Source: Planctomycetota bacterium (GTDB lineage Bacteria > Planctomycetota > SZUA-567 > H5-PLA8). Taken from it: a stretch of 64,000 nucleotides of DNA. Position 1 is the first letter of the stretch; the number at the start of each line of letters is the position of its first letter. The DNA lies in contig JBBRPR010000004.1 of the NCBI GenBank assembly GCA_038227875.1, positions 76,830-140,829 of the forward strand. The letters are read 5' to 3'. Of this stretch, positions 43,199 to 53,086 are shown piece by piece. Both the position numbers and the translations under genes were made by a program. Below the pieces are notes generated by a model. It made no database searches, was not told the DNA's origin, and saw only the letters and a list, made by a program, of their open reading frames with translations.

Positions 43199-44791
43199 AT
43201 GGGACAAAATTGTCCCAGGGTTAGAATTCAACCCAGAATCGATCGTCGCCTTTCAACGGAACGATCTCTCGGATGTAAAACCATCGTGACGCTGCTGCCG
43301 CTGAATCCGCACCCGACCTGCGCCCTCCGCGCCCTTGTTGCGTGTGCGGCGTTGTCACTTGCGGGTTGTGGGCAGACGCAGAAGCCGGCCGCGACACTCA
43401 CGCTCGTTGCTCCACAGCCTGAACCAATCGTCAAAACCAGCGCCGTCGAATCCGCGCCTCCGGTAAAAGCAGAGCCTCAGCCGGACGTCGCGATTACACC
43501 GAAGAAGGCACCGAGCGATCCGAAGGACTTCGAACCGGCGGTGCAACAGGTTCGCGCCTTGGAACAGAGCGCCGATTTTTCGCGCGCGCTGGAGCTCGTC
43601 AAAAGCATTCAGGTGAACTTCAACGACCATCCGGAGTTTGCCGAAACCGTGTACGACCTCTCGACGCGCGTGGCCGTCGAAAAAAATCAGGCCGACGCGC
43701 TGGGCTTCGCCGCCAGCAGCCTGGCCGACCCCGGCTGCGCGGAACTCGCCTCGCAGGCGTTTCAGGAAGCCGGCGATGCCGGCCGGCTGGTGCTGCGCAA
43801 TTCGTACGCGGGCAGCAGTGATGAAATGAAACTTCTCATCTTGAAAAAACTTCAGGCCATGGGCGACGAGCACGTTCCGGAATTGGTGGCCGAACGCCTC
43901 GCCCACGACATCTCGCCTGAATTGGAACACACGTTCGTTGAGATGCTGCAGCTGTCGCTCAGCCGATTGTATCGGCCGAGCCTTCCGGCGCTCTTCGCGG
44001 TAGCGAAGACCAATCCGGGCAAGCACGTGGAACTGATCGGATTCCTCTATGCCGCCGCGCGCCGGGCCAACGCCGATCAGCCGCCGGATTTTGAAAAGCT
44101 CTTTCAGGACGCCGGCGCGTATGAGTTTTTCAGGGCGCAGAATCTGCTCGGCACGGTTTCGAAGGACGGACTGGCGGTCTGTTTCAATTTCGACGAGGGC
44201 TCCGGCACCAGCGCCACGAATTCCGGCACCCGCGGCGGGAAGGCCGACGTGAAAGCCACGTGGATTCCCGGCAGGAAAGACGGCGCGTTAAAGTTCAACG
44301 GCAACGACGAAATGGTCACCTACAACGACCCGCTGCTGAACGTCGGCCGCGACGACGCCGACTTCACGCTCGCCTTCTGGTTCTACCTCGAAAAAAGCGC
44401 GACCGGCGGCTGGCGGAACATCACGCACCGAGGCACGTCCGATGATCAGCGCACGTTCGCGCTGTGGATGAAGCCGGATTCCGATTCCATCCACTGCCGC
44501 ATTTCCACGCTCGGTAACGGCAACGACGGCGTCGAAGCGACCAACGCCAAAATCGCGCTGAATGCGTGGACGCACGTCGCCTACGTCAAGCGCGGCAAAA
44601 TGCTGAAGATTTTTATCAACGGACAACCGGATTCCGAAGCGCAGCTGGGGGGCCGCGTCATGTCCAATTGCGGTCCGGTCTACATCGGCAAGGACCCGTG
44701 GTACGCCGGCCCCGCCTGCGCCATCGACGAATACCGCATCTATCTACGCGCACTCACCGATGGGGAAGTGCGGCTGCTGTCCAATCCGTAA
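43199..44791 (+). CDS. Lipoprotein with HEAT-like helical region and C-terminal concanavalin-A-like (LamG) domain
   Basis: Lipobox ALSLAGC. C-terminal jelly-roll signature FNGNDEMVTY...DFTLAFWFYL...FALWMKPDSDS...WTHVAYVKRGKMLKIFINGQ. The start is uncertain; a GTG further downstream is possible. Confidence 0.7.
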   Translation: MGQNCPRVRIQPRIDRRLSTERSLGCKTIVTLLPLNPHPTCALRALVACAALSLAGCGQTQKPAATLTLVAPQPEPIVKTSAVESAPPVKAEPQPDVAITPKKAPSDPKDFEPAVQQVRALEQSADFSRALELVKSIQVNFNDHPEFAETVYDLSTRVAVEKNQADALGFAASSLADPGCAELASQAFQEAGDAGRLVLRNSYAGSSDEMKLLILKKLQAMGDEHVPELVAERLAHDISPELEHTFVEMLQLSLSRLYRPSLPALFAVAKTNPGKHVELIGFLYAAARRANADQPPDFEKLFQDAGAYEFFRAQNLLGTVSKDGLAVCFNFDEGSGTSATNSGTRGGKADVKATWIPGRKDGALKFNGNDEMVTYNDPLLNVGRDDADFTLAFWFYLEKSATGGWRNITHRGTSDDQRTFALWMKPDSDSIHCRISTLGNGNDGVEATNAKIALNAWTHVAYVKRGKMLKIFINGQPDSEAQLGGRVMSNCGPVYIGKDPWYAGPACAIDEYRIYLRALTDGEVRLLSNP

Positions 44792-44811
44792 CAGTCGTCG
44801 TTCGACATTCC

Positions 44812-45936
44812 TCACAACGATCCGCGCTTCGCCTGCTCGCGTTCGATCGCTTCGAATAGCGCGCGGAAATTGCCTTCGCCGAAGCCGACGGAATTACCAC
44901 GGCGCTGGATGATTTCGTGGAACAACGTCGGGCGGCCGAAGACCGGATGCGTGAACAACTGCAGCAGATACCCATCCGGCCGGTCGCGGTCGACGAGAAT
45001 CTTCAGGTCCTTCAGGCTCTGCAGTTCTTCGCGAATGTCGCCGACGCGCTTGATGAACTCCGCGTCGTAGTACGTGTCCGGCACGTCCATGAAACTCACG
45101 CCCTGGGCGCGCATTTCGCGGACGGTGGAAATGATGTTGGGAGTCAGCAGCGCGATGTGCTGGACGCCGGGGCCTTTGAATTCGTCGAGGAACTCCTGGA
45201 TTTGCGAGTTCTTGCTCGAGGGTTCGTTGATCGGAAGCTTGATGTAGCCGTCGTCGTCGCCGACGACTTTGCTCATCAGCGCGCTGCGGCCGGTGTTGAT
45301 GTCGAAGTGCGCCGTCTGATCGAAACCGAAGACGCGCGCGTAAAACGCGACCCATTCGTCCATGTTCTCGACGTTGGCGACGATGTGGTCGATCATCGCG
45401 AGCTGAATCTCGCCGTCTTCGATGCCGCCGCCGCAGTCCACGTACCCCGGCGCAAACGCGCCGTGGCGTTTGCGCTGAATAAAGGTGTGAATCGTGTCGC
45501 CGTACGCCGCAATCGAACCGCCGATGAAAATGTCGTGCTCGTCCAGTTTCCGCACAATCTTCGCGCCCTGAGCTTCCGCGTGCTTCAAGGCCACTGCCGT
45601 ATCGCGGACGCGGAAGGCGACGTCGCGCACGCCCGGTCCGTGCTTGGCGACGAAGTCGCGAATGAAATCCGCGTCGCTGCCCTGTCCGGCGGCTTGCGCG
45701 AAGAGAAAGTTGATGCGCCCCTGGCCGACAACAATCGCGCGCCGGCCGTTCAGGCCCGTCGACGGATCGCCATGCGCGCGGCGGTACATGCCGTAACCGT
45801 TGATGTAATAGTTCGCCCATTTGTCGACGTCGTCGACGAAGAATTCGATGTGATCGATCGACTTCACGCCCAGCGGATTGTGGTGCTTGGGATGTTGGAT
45901 GACGGGGGTACCCGCTGCTTCTGAATGCGTGTCCAT
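44812..45936 (-). CDS. hppD: 4-hydroxyphenylpyruvate dioxygenase
   Basis: 374 aa. VKSIDHIEFFVDD. C-terminus FHEIIQRRGNSVGFGEGNFRALFEAIEREQ. AGGAGC RBS. Confidence 0.9.
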   Translation of the reverse strand: MDTHSEAAGTPVIQHPKHHNPLGVKSIDHIEFFVDDVDKWANYYINGYGMYRRAHGDPSTGLNGRRAIVVGQGRINFLFAQAAGQGSDADFIRDFVAKHGPGVRDVAFRVRDTAVALKHAEAQGAKIVRKLDEHDIFIGGSIAAYGDTIHTFIQRKRHGAFAPGYVDCGGGIEDGEIQLAMIDHIVANVENMDEWVAFYARVFGFDQTAHFDINTGRSALMSKVVGDDDGYIKLPINEPSSKNSQIQEFLDEFKGPGVQHIALLTPNIISTVREMRAQGVSFMDVPDTYYDAEFIKRVGDIREELQSLKDLKILVDRDRPDGYLLQLFTHPVFGRPTLFHEIIQRRGNSVGFGEGNFRALFEAIEREQAKRGSL

Positions 45937-45938
45937 GT

Positions 45939-46499
45939 TTAGCTCCTGCCGCTGGTCTTCGTGAGCGAGCGTGTGCCTTCCGTTTTTCCAGACGCGACGG
46001 CGACTTCCGCCGGTGGATTGCCAAAGGGAACATCGAGGGTGTGCTTGCTGGTCGCGAGCACCAGCGTGGTGTGAATCTTGGAGACGCCCGGCAGCGTGCT
46101 GAGCCGATCGACGAGCACCGACCGCAGCGCGCCAACATCGCGCGCGAGCAGTTTGAGCAGAAAATCGAATTCGCCGGCGACGTGGTGGCACTCCAGCACG
46201 TCGGAGAGTTCCGAGACCGCCTTTTCGAAACGCAGCAGTGCCTTCTGATCGTGATCGTGAAGATTGACGGAGACAAAGACGACGACCTGATGCCCCAGCG
46301 CGCGCGGATCGATGCGTGCCGTGTACCCTTCGATCACGCCGCTGCGTTCCAGCCGCCGCACGCGCTCAAGGGTGCTCGACGGCGAAAGTCCGCAGCTTTC
46401 CGCGAGTTCCACGTTGGCCATCCGCCCATCGTTCTGCAGCGCCCTGAGGATCGCGAGATCAATGGCGTCGAGCACGGGTAATTCTGCATCCAGCGGCAT
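45939..46499 (-). CDS. Lrp/AsnC family transcriptional regulator, co-oriented with hppD and ending 2 nt from its start
   Basis: LDAIDLAILRALQNDGRMANVELAESCGLSPSSTLERVRRLERSGVIEGYTARID. TAA stop at 45939-45941. Confidence 0.85.
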   Translation of the reverse strand: MPLDAELPVLDAIDLAILRALQNDGRMANVELAESCGLSPSSTLERVRRLERSGVIEGYTARIDPRALGHQVVVFVSVNLHDHDQKALLRFEKAVSELSDVLECHHVAGEFDFLLKLLARDVGALRSVLVDRLSTLPGVSKIHTTLVLATSKHTLDVPFGNPPAEVAVASGKTEGTRSLTKTSGRS

Positions 46500-46655
46500 T
46501 TTCAGAACCTCGTCCTGAAAATTGTGTATAACACAGAATATTATGCGTTCAATAGTCGGAATGCAGAATATTGCATGGCGGCGGCTTTTTATCTCGCGCA
46601 AAGACGCAAAGACGCAAAGAACGGCGCGGGAAAGGTGGGTCGAAGTGGTGCGGAC

Positions 46656-47381
46656 TCAATAGTCCAGCAACATTGGCAAGTGATGTTCCACTGAAAGTTT
46701 GGATAACTCATAGAACACTGCGAAGGCGAAGCGTGCACCACTCTCCAGCGGACTGCCATGGTCAGGGCAACTTCGTCGCCAGTTAGAAATCGAAGTTGAA
46801 TCCACGTTCCATGTCCGGGAATTGAGTACCTGAAGTTCTTTGTGTAGCGCCACGCTGGAGCCTAAGAAGATTTCCTTTCCACTCAGACAGGGCGCCGCGA
46901 ACGTAAAATCGAAATTGGCGGGTAGCCACCATTCGGCACCCGATAAAAGTTGCTTGTACTTTGTTCCCGAATTTGCACTCGCCCTTTGTAAATAAATTGG
47001 ATCTTCATGCCAATCTTTTACGAACCCTTTAGGACATGGTTTCTCGGTTTGTTCGGAATACGCCGTCCAAAGCAGCAGGTGGCCGTAACAATCCCACGCC
47101 GGTTTATCAGTAAAGTAAGGACGTTCGCCTTGTTCGCTCCAGTCAACATCAGACACTCCGTGCGGTTTTAACGCCGCCGCCAAGTCGTTGCGCCATTGCT
47201 CCGCAGCGCTCCTGATAACCGCCGGATCTGTAATGGCGTCCGCAGGCTCATTCGCGCGTACAACCGTGACCTGAGGAATAGCTCCAGCCTTCGCCGCCTG
47301 CTGTACAACATTGAGCCAATCGTGAAGGTAATACCGAGTCAGAGTGCCGACATACACATCAAGCCCCATGTCGCCTCCCAT
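46656..47381 (-). CDS. Hypothetical protein (241 aa) in a lower-GC patch
   Basis: No recognisable motif. Local GC is reduced between 46560 and 47480. Confidence 0.5.
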   Translation of the reverse strand: MGGDMGLDVYVGTLTRYYLHDWLNVVQQAAKAGAIPQVTVVRANEPADAITDPAVIRSAAEQWRNDLAAALKPHGVSDVDWSEQGERPYFTDKPAWDCYGHLLLWTAYSEQTEKPCPKGFVKDWHEDPIYLQRASANSGTKYKQLLSGAEWWLPANFDFTFAAPCLSGKEIFLGSSVALHKELQVLNSRTWNVDSTSISNWRRSCPDHGSPLESGARFAFAVFYELSKLSVEHHLPMLLDY

Positions 47382-47486
47382 ATTAGAAGTGAATTGGAGA
47401 CTGCACGCTAAAGAGCCACCAAAAATCCGCAGAGACGGATTCGGTCACCTTTACAAGGTAAAAGATTCATCAATCATAGTTCATCG

Positions 47487-48545
47487 TTATTTTTTAAGCA
47501 GCAGCTCGCGCACCGCCGCTACCAGCGCGTCGGGGCTCACCGGCTTGACGAGGTATTTGAGCTTCGGGTGCGTCTGGACGACGAACTCGTTTTCCAACTG
47601 GTCGTAGGCGGAGCAGACGATGACGGGGATGTTGATCTGCTTGTCGACCATCCGCGACAGCACTTCCAGGCCGTGCAGGCCGGGCATCTTCATGTCGAGG
47701 ACCACCAGGTCGATGCCGCCTTCCTGCAGGCGGTTCCACGCTTCCTGGCCGTCGCCGAGTTCGATCACGATGTAACCGGACGCTTCAAGCCGCAGACGGA
47801 ACACGAGACGAATACGCTTGTCGTCGTCGGCCACGAGCACCGTCGGTCGCACCGCGGCGTTGGCGGCCGTGCCGGGCGCGGCGGGGGTCGCCGTCGGCGG
47901 CGTGACGCCCGGCGGAATGATCGAGGGAGAAACCTTGCCAAACGCCAGATCGTGGCGGATCAGACTTTTCTGACCGGCCGGCTGCATCGGTTCGGACGGC
48001 ACAGTCGGCAGGCTCGGGTTGCTTCCCGTGCGCATCGCGGCGGGAGCGGCCGGGACCGTGGGAGGAATAATGGGGCGGGGCACGCTGGCCACCGTGCCCC
48101 GCGGCATCGCCGGCGCGGGAATTGGAGCGGGATGGATCGCCGTGGCGCGCGTCGGAGGATTCGTGCGCGGAATGAAACTGACGTCCGGTGGCGGCGGCGC
48201 CTGAGCGGCGGCGTCCGCAGCAGATTCGAAACCCATCGCAAATGGCGAGCGTAGCCGACGGGTGCTCTGCACCGATGCATCCATGTTGGCCGGTACCGGC
48301 TGCACCCCGCCCGAGGCCAGCAGATCGGTCAGAAACGTGCCGACTTGCTGATCGGCGTAACCGGTGGCGCGAAGATCTTTTTCGACCAGGTCGATGATGC
48401 TCTTGCGTTCTTCGTCGTCACGGATGATGGCGGCGAAGACGGCGCGCATTTGAAACATGGGCATGCGTCGAGCTTCAAATTCGCTGACGATAATCAGCGC
48501 CTTTGTCTCGAGACTCAATGCTTTGAGTGGTGCCCCGTCGCTCAC
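47487..48545 (-). CDS. Response regulator with C-terminal receiver domain, a Pro-rich linker and an uncharacterised N-terminal domain
   Basis: The REC domain runs from VLVADDDKRIRLVFRLRLEASGY through LVVLDMKMPGLHGLEV to KP. The linker is rich in P/A/T. Confidence 0.75.
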   Translation of the reverse strand: MSDGAPLKALSLETKALIIVSEFEARRMPMFQMRAVFAAIIRDDEERKSIIDLVEKDLRATGYADQQVGTFLTDLLASGGVQPVPANMDASVQSTRRLRSPFAMGFESAADAAAQAPPPPDVSFIPRTNPPTRATAIHPAPIPAPAMPRGTVASVPRPIIPPTVPAAPAAMRTGSNPSLPTVPSEPMQPAGQKSLIRHDLAFGKVSPSIIPPGVTPPTATPAAPGTAANAAVRPTVLVADDDKRIRLVFRLRLEASGYIVIELGDGQEAWNRLQEGGIDLVVLDMKMPGLHGLEVLSRMVDKQINIPVIVCSAYDQLENEFVVQTHPKLKYLVKPVSPDALVAAVRELLLKK

Positions 48546-48752
48546 GTGCAGGTCGTCCCCACTAGTCCGCCAATACTCCCGGCTCAGTATAGAGCAATTT
48601 ACGCACCGATACCAATACCGTCAATCGGATTCACACTTGGAGGTACTTATGTGTCTACTAGTAGAGACCTAACAGCAAGGCGTGTCCAGCAGGGATGTCC
48701 GGCCTGAAAGAGTACCGCTAGTAGCCAGCCTGCTTTTCGATATACTTCAGAC

Positions 48753-50282
48753 ATGAAAGTTCTGCTGGTCGACGACGAACGCAGCATCCGCCTGACCCTC
48801 GGCGATGCCCTGGAAGATCAGGGCCACTCCGTCACGCGCTGTGAGAACCTGGCGCTGGGCAAGCAGGCGCTGAAAGACAGCGCTTATGATTGCGTCGTCA
48901 CCGATCTGCAACTTCCTGACGGCTCCGGACTGGATCTGCTCTCCGCGGCGCGCGAACAGAAATCCGACGCGTCGCTGCTGGTGATCACGGCGCATCAGTC
49001 GATCGAGACGGCAATCGAGGCGACGAAATTCGGCGCCGACTATCTGATCAAACCGTTCCTGAACGAAGAAGTCATCGCGCGCCTGCAGAAAATTGACGAA
49101 CTGCGGCTGCTGCGCGCGGAATTGAAAGAGCTGCGCACGCAGGCCACCGGCCGCGAACGCATCGACAAGATCGTCGGCAAAACCAAGACGATGCAGGACC
49201 TCTACAAGACCATCGAAGCCATTGGACCGTCCGACGCGTCGGTGCTGATCACGGGCGAATCCGGGACCGGGAAGGAACTGGCCGCCGAGGCGATTCACCG
49301 CTGCTCGCAGCGCTGCGACAAGCGCATGATTAAACTCTCCTGCGCCGCGCTGCCCGACAACCTGCTCGAAGATGAACTTTTCGGCCACGAAAAAGGCGCC
49401 TTCACCGACGCGCGCGAACGGAAAGCCGGCCGCTTCGAACTGGCCGACGGTGGCTCGATCTTCCTCGACGACATCGACGACATGAGCGTGCAGACGCAGG
49501 TGAAGCTGCTGCGCGTGCTCCAGGAACGCGAGTTCGAACGCATCGGCGGGACGAAGACGATCAAGATCAACGTTCGCGTGATCGCCGCGACGAAAGTCGA
49601 TCTGTCGCTGCTCGTCCGCCAGGGCCGGTTCCGCGACGACTTGTATTTCCGCCTGCGGGTGATCGAACTGCGCCTGCCGCCACTGCGCGAACGCGCCGCG
49701 GATCTGCCGCTGCTGATTCAGCACTTCATCGAACGCCACGGCCGCGGCCGGCCGTACTTTGCCGGCGCCGAAGCGCTGCAGGCGATGTCGGAGTATTCGT
49801 GGCCGGGCAACATCCGCGAGCTGGAAAACGCGGTGATGCGCGCGATCGCAATGTCCGGTGCGTCGGAGCACCTGGACGAACGTTACCTCCTGCAGAAACC
49901 CGCCGGGATGAGCCAGAATGCCGGCGAAATGAGCATCCCGTCGCTGGGCGGAACGCTGCTGTCGCCGCATTCCAACACGACGGCCGCACCGTCGGCATCG
50001 ACGTCCGGCCGGGGCAACGCGGTCGCGACGCCGCCACCGGTCCAGGCGCCTGCAACCACAGCTCCAAGTTCCGCGTTGGCGCCGGCAGTGAATCCGGCCG
50101 ACGCGATGACCGAACAGAATTTCCGCGCGCTGCGCGAGATTGTGGCGGAGACGGAACGCGCGTATATTCTGCGCGCGCTGCAATTGAGCGGCGGGAGCAA
50201 GACGCGCGCCGCCGAACTGCTCGACATTTCGCGCAAGAATCTCTGGGAAAAAATGCGCGACCTGGGCATCAACAACACGTGA
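48753..50282 (+). CDS. Sigma-54-dependent Fis-family transcriptional activator (NtrC-type: REC, AAA+ and HTH domains)
   Basis: MKVLLVDDE. Walker A GESGTGKE. ELFGHEKGAFTDA. C-terminal Fis HTH RALQLSGGSKTRAAELLDISRKNL. Confidence 0.9.
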   Translation: MKVLLVDDERSIRLTLGDALEDQGHSVTRCENLALGKQALKDSAYDCVVTDLQLPDGSGLDLLSAAREQKSDASLLVITAHQSIETAIEATKFGADYLIKPFLNEEVIARLQKIDELRLLRAELKELRTQATGRERIDKIVGKTKTMQDLYKTIEAIGPSDASVLITGESGTGKELAAEAIHRCSQRCDKRMIKLSCAALPDNLLEDELFGHEKGAFTDARERKAGRFELADGGSIFLDDIDDMSVQTQVKLLRVLQEREFERIGGTKTIKINVRVIAATKVDLSLLVRQGRFRDDLYFRLRVIELRLPPLRERAADLPLLIQHFIERHGRGRPYFAGAEALQAMSEYSWPGNIRELENAVMRAIAMSGASEHLDERYLLQKPAGMSQNAGEMSIPSLGGTLLSPHSNTTAAPSASTSGRGNAVATPPPVQAPATTAPSSALAPAVNPADAMTEQNFRALREIVAETERAYILRALQLSGGSKTRAAELLDISRKNLWEKMRDLGINNT

Positions 50283-50296
50283 GACACGAAGCCGTC

Positions 50297-50818
50297 ATGG
50301 AAGCACCTCCCGTCACTCCGCCGAAAAAGCACAAGTACGTCCTGCCGTTCATCATTCTCGTGATTCTCTGCGGGATGGCGTCGCCGCTGGTGCTCTCGGC
50401 GTGGAAGCACCGCGAACTGACCTCCAACGAAACCGCCACGCTCGCGCTGATCCGCGAATACACCAAGGCGCAGGACGAGCGCTTCAAATCGCGCGGCGCC
50501 TATGCGACGAACCTCGATGAACTGGCACTCTCCGCGAAGTTGCCGCCGCTGGATAATCCCAAATCGACGCCGCTGAACGGTTACCGCTTCCGGATCCTCA
50601 CCGATAGCATTGAAGGCTCGTGGCTGGATGCCGACGGCAAGCTGACGAAAAGTTTCGGCCTGCTCGCCGTTCCTTCTGATTACATGGTGACGGGTCGCGA
50701 CACATTTCTGGTGCACGGCCAGGAAATTTTCGTCGTCGACTTCGAAGTCCGCACCGCGCAGCTCACGCGGGAATTGCGCGCGTTCGGTTTGCCGCCGAGT
50801 GCGCAGAAGGTGGAATAA
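50297..50818 (+). CDS. Hypothetical membrane-anchored protein (174 aa)
   Basis: N-terminal TM segment YVLPFIILVILCGMASPLVL. In frame within the longer track ORF. Follows the NtrC-type gene by 15 bp. Confidence 0.6.
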   Translation: MEAPPVTPPKKHKYVLPFIILVILCGMASPLVLSAWKHRELTSNETATLALIREYTKAQDERFKSRGAYATNLDELALSAKLPPLDNPKSTPLNGYRFRILTDSIEGSWLDADGKLTKSFGLLAVPSDYMVTGRDTFLVHGQEIFVVDFEVRTAQLTRELRAFGLPPSAQKVE

Positions 50819-50827
50819 TTCGCCCGT

Positions 50828-51784
50828 CTATATCCCAAGCATATCGTTGACGCCGTCGATGCACTCTTTTGCGCTCTGCGGATCAGCGGGCGATGCCCAA
50901 TCGAAGCCCGACCCCGGCGTCCCGTCGTAACTCAGGTACCGCGTGATCCAGCGCCAGACGAGCAGATGATTGCCAGCCGCTGCGCAGGCGCGATCGACCG
51001 TTGTGAGTTTCGCACCGCGCTGCTCTTCCCAGCCTTCGCGGAAAAGCGCCCAGCTGCCGTCATCCTTTTTCGGGAGAAGGAGTGAAGAGCCCAACTGCAT
51101 TGAAGCGCAACCGATGCGGCAGGATTCCACATCAAAAAAACCCATGAAGCGCCCGGCCTGAACATGAAAATTGCCCACATCCTGGTGGTAGAGCACCGGC
51201 GGTTCGGCCAGCATCGCGCCGAGGCAATTCTCAATAAAGTCGAGGTTCTCATTCCAATAGGAGTGCTGGAAACCGGGATCCAAGGCATGCACCGACCTGC
51301 CCAGACGAAGAATTTTTCGCGCGTAGTCTTCAAACGTTCGCTCCTCGTAGAAGCGCGTTTGAAATTCATTTTGAGCGTTGACGCTCAATGGAACCATTGT
51401 CAACGCAGCGATGGCTTTGCCGGATTCACGGCAGGCGGATCGCCAGGCTTCCTCTCCGTCGACGTCTTTCGCACGATGCAGCCACGTACCGGGAATGTGG
51501 GTCATAAGCACCATGTCCTGATCGCAATCCCCCTGTAATTTTGCGACCAGGTTCGTGTCATGCCAGTGTCGCATGCCGAAACATTCGCGTTCTTTTCGAC
51601 CCACATCGCAGCAGTGTTTAAAAATGACGTTCGTATCGCCCCGCCGCGCGTAGACCACGTGATTGGTCGAACCCTGTCCGAGTTGCGGCACGTCGCGGGA
51701 ATACTCCGGATGCGCCGCAATGAACGCATCGACTTTGGAGAGCGTGTGCTCCATGGAGCAATTCATGGCGATAGTCCGGAACAC
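50828..51784 (-). CDS. Phosphotransferase-family (APH/choline-kinase-like) kinase
   Basis: HQDVGNFH matches the Brenner HxDxxxxN motif, followed by FFDVE (DFE-like). 13 bp downstream of the MBL gene. Confidence 0.7.
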   Translation of the reverse strand: MFRTIAMNCSMEHTLSKVDAFIAAHPEYSRDVPQLGQGSTNHVVYARRGDTNVIFKHCCDVGRKERECFGMRHWHDTNLVAKLQGDCDQDMVLMTHIPGTWLHRAKDVDGEEAWRSACRESGKAIAALTMVPLSVNAQNEFQTRFYEERTFEDYARKILRLGRSVHALDPGFQHSYWNENLDFIENCLGAMLAEPPVLYHQDVGNFHVQAGRFMGFFDVESCRIGCASMQLGSSLLLPKKDDGSWALFREGWEEQRGAKLTTVDRACAAAGNHLLVWRWITRYLSYDGTPGSGFDWASPADPQSAKECIDGVNDMLGI

Positions 51785-51796
51785 TGCCTGTAGATA

Positions 51797-52804
51797 TTAA
51801 TTCGAGGTGCGACACACCACGCGGCGGCGTCCCACCACATGAACCGTCCCGCGCTGATTCTGGCGCGTCGAATACACGCGCGTTTTCGCGCCGGTCATCA
51901 GCAGGATTTCCTGGGCCGCCTGGTAGGCCAGGTCGGCGCGGTTGCAATCTTCGCTCAGATGCATCTGCACTAAAACTTCCGGGCCGCCGTTGGGGCCGGT
52001 TTCGACGATTTTTCGGAAGACGTCCGCGGCCTGGCCGTTTGAGAGATGACCCTCGCCGCCCATGACGCGTTGAATCAAGCGTGGATGGCGGCCGCTGGTG
52101 CGTTCCAGGTGTTCGTCGTGATTGAATTCCAGCGCGAGCAAGTCGACGTCGTGAACAGCCTGCATGACTTCATCGGCGCAGCGGCCGATGTCGACCAGGT
52201 AGCCCAGGCGCACCCATTCTTCCAGATTGGATTCTGCATAGGTCGAAGGTTCTTCCGCGAGCGTGACGGGCACGGTCTCGGCTCCAGACGCGTGGGCGCC
52301 GATCTCCGGGCCACGTGCTTCGATGCGGAAACCGAACGTCGGCGGCGCGTCGTGGGGCACGGGAATGGGGTGAAAACGGAGCACGTCCAACGGGCCGGGT
52401 GCGGCCAGATCTTCGCCGGGTCCAAAGCGCGTGAACTGCGCGCGCCGTCCGCCGGACGCCTGCAACTGAAAGCTCGTGCCGTTGTAGGTCAGCACCAGGT
52501 CCTTCGCCGCGAGTCGCTTGAAGTAACGCCCGCCGGCGAGATGCGCCGCGTGGCGTTCGTGGCAGATAAAGGGGACCTCGTGCTCGAGGCAGTACGTCAG
52601 GCACTTTTTGGAAAGATGGTCGGCGTGCGTGTGGGTGAGAATGATGCCGTGCAGAGTGCGCCAGGAAGCGCCGGTGCCGTGGAGGCGTTCAGCGAGGTCA
52701 TCGGGTTGAAAACCGGCGTCGATGAGGACGTGAAGCTGCGGTGTCATCAACAGCACCGCGTTGCCCTGAGATCCGGAGCCCAGCACACAGAATTTTACGC
52801 TCAT
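51797..52804 (-). CDS. MBL-fold metallo-hydrolase
   Basis: MSVKFCVLGSGSQGNAVLL...ILTHTHADH. The start is uncertain; the track ORF extends to 52903. Confidence 0.8.
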   Translation of the reverse strand: MSVKFCVLGSGSQGNAVLLMTPQLHVLIDAGFQPDDLAERLHGTGASWRTLHGIILTHTHADHLSKKCLTYCLEHEVPFICHERHAAHLAGGRYFKRLAAKDLVLTYNGTSFQLQASGGRRAQFTRFGPGEDLAAPGPLDVLRFHPIPVPHDAPPTFGFRIEARGPEIGAHASGAETVPVTLAEEPSTYAESNLEEWVRLGYLVDIGRCADEVMQAVHDVDLLALEFNHDEHLERTSGRHPRLIQRVMGGEGHLSNGQAADVFRKIVETGPNGGPEVLVQMHLSEDCNRADLAYQAAQEILLMTGAKTRVYSTRQNQRGTVHVVGRRRVVCRTSN

Positions 52805-53086
52805 GGCCCGTAAGAGTAACAAAGCCCGAGCGGATGAGAAGAATTTTTTCAGAGAGAAATTAGGGTAGAAGGCTGTTTTGACGAGGCGTGGGAGGTGTTG
52901 CAAGACGTCGCGAAACCTAACCCCCGGCCCCCTTCCCTGGGAGGGAAGGGGGAGACGGGAGAGCCTATCGCCTACGGCCTTCTGCCTTCTATCCCACCAC
53001 TGCGCAGCAACCGCTCGCCGCTCCAGTACGCGTTCCCATCTCTGACCCCTGGCCCCTGACCCCTGGCCCCTCGCGCGTCAGCGCGC

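Noticed and set aside
44894-46276. 460-aa ORF overlapping hppD and the Lrp gene
   Set aside because: It is an off-frame, Arg-rich artefact. hppD and the Lrp gene have clear family signatures.
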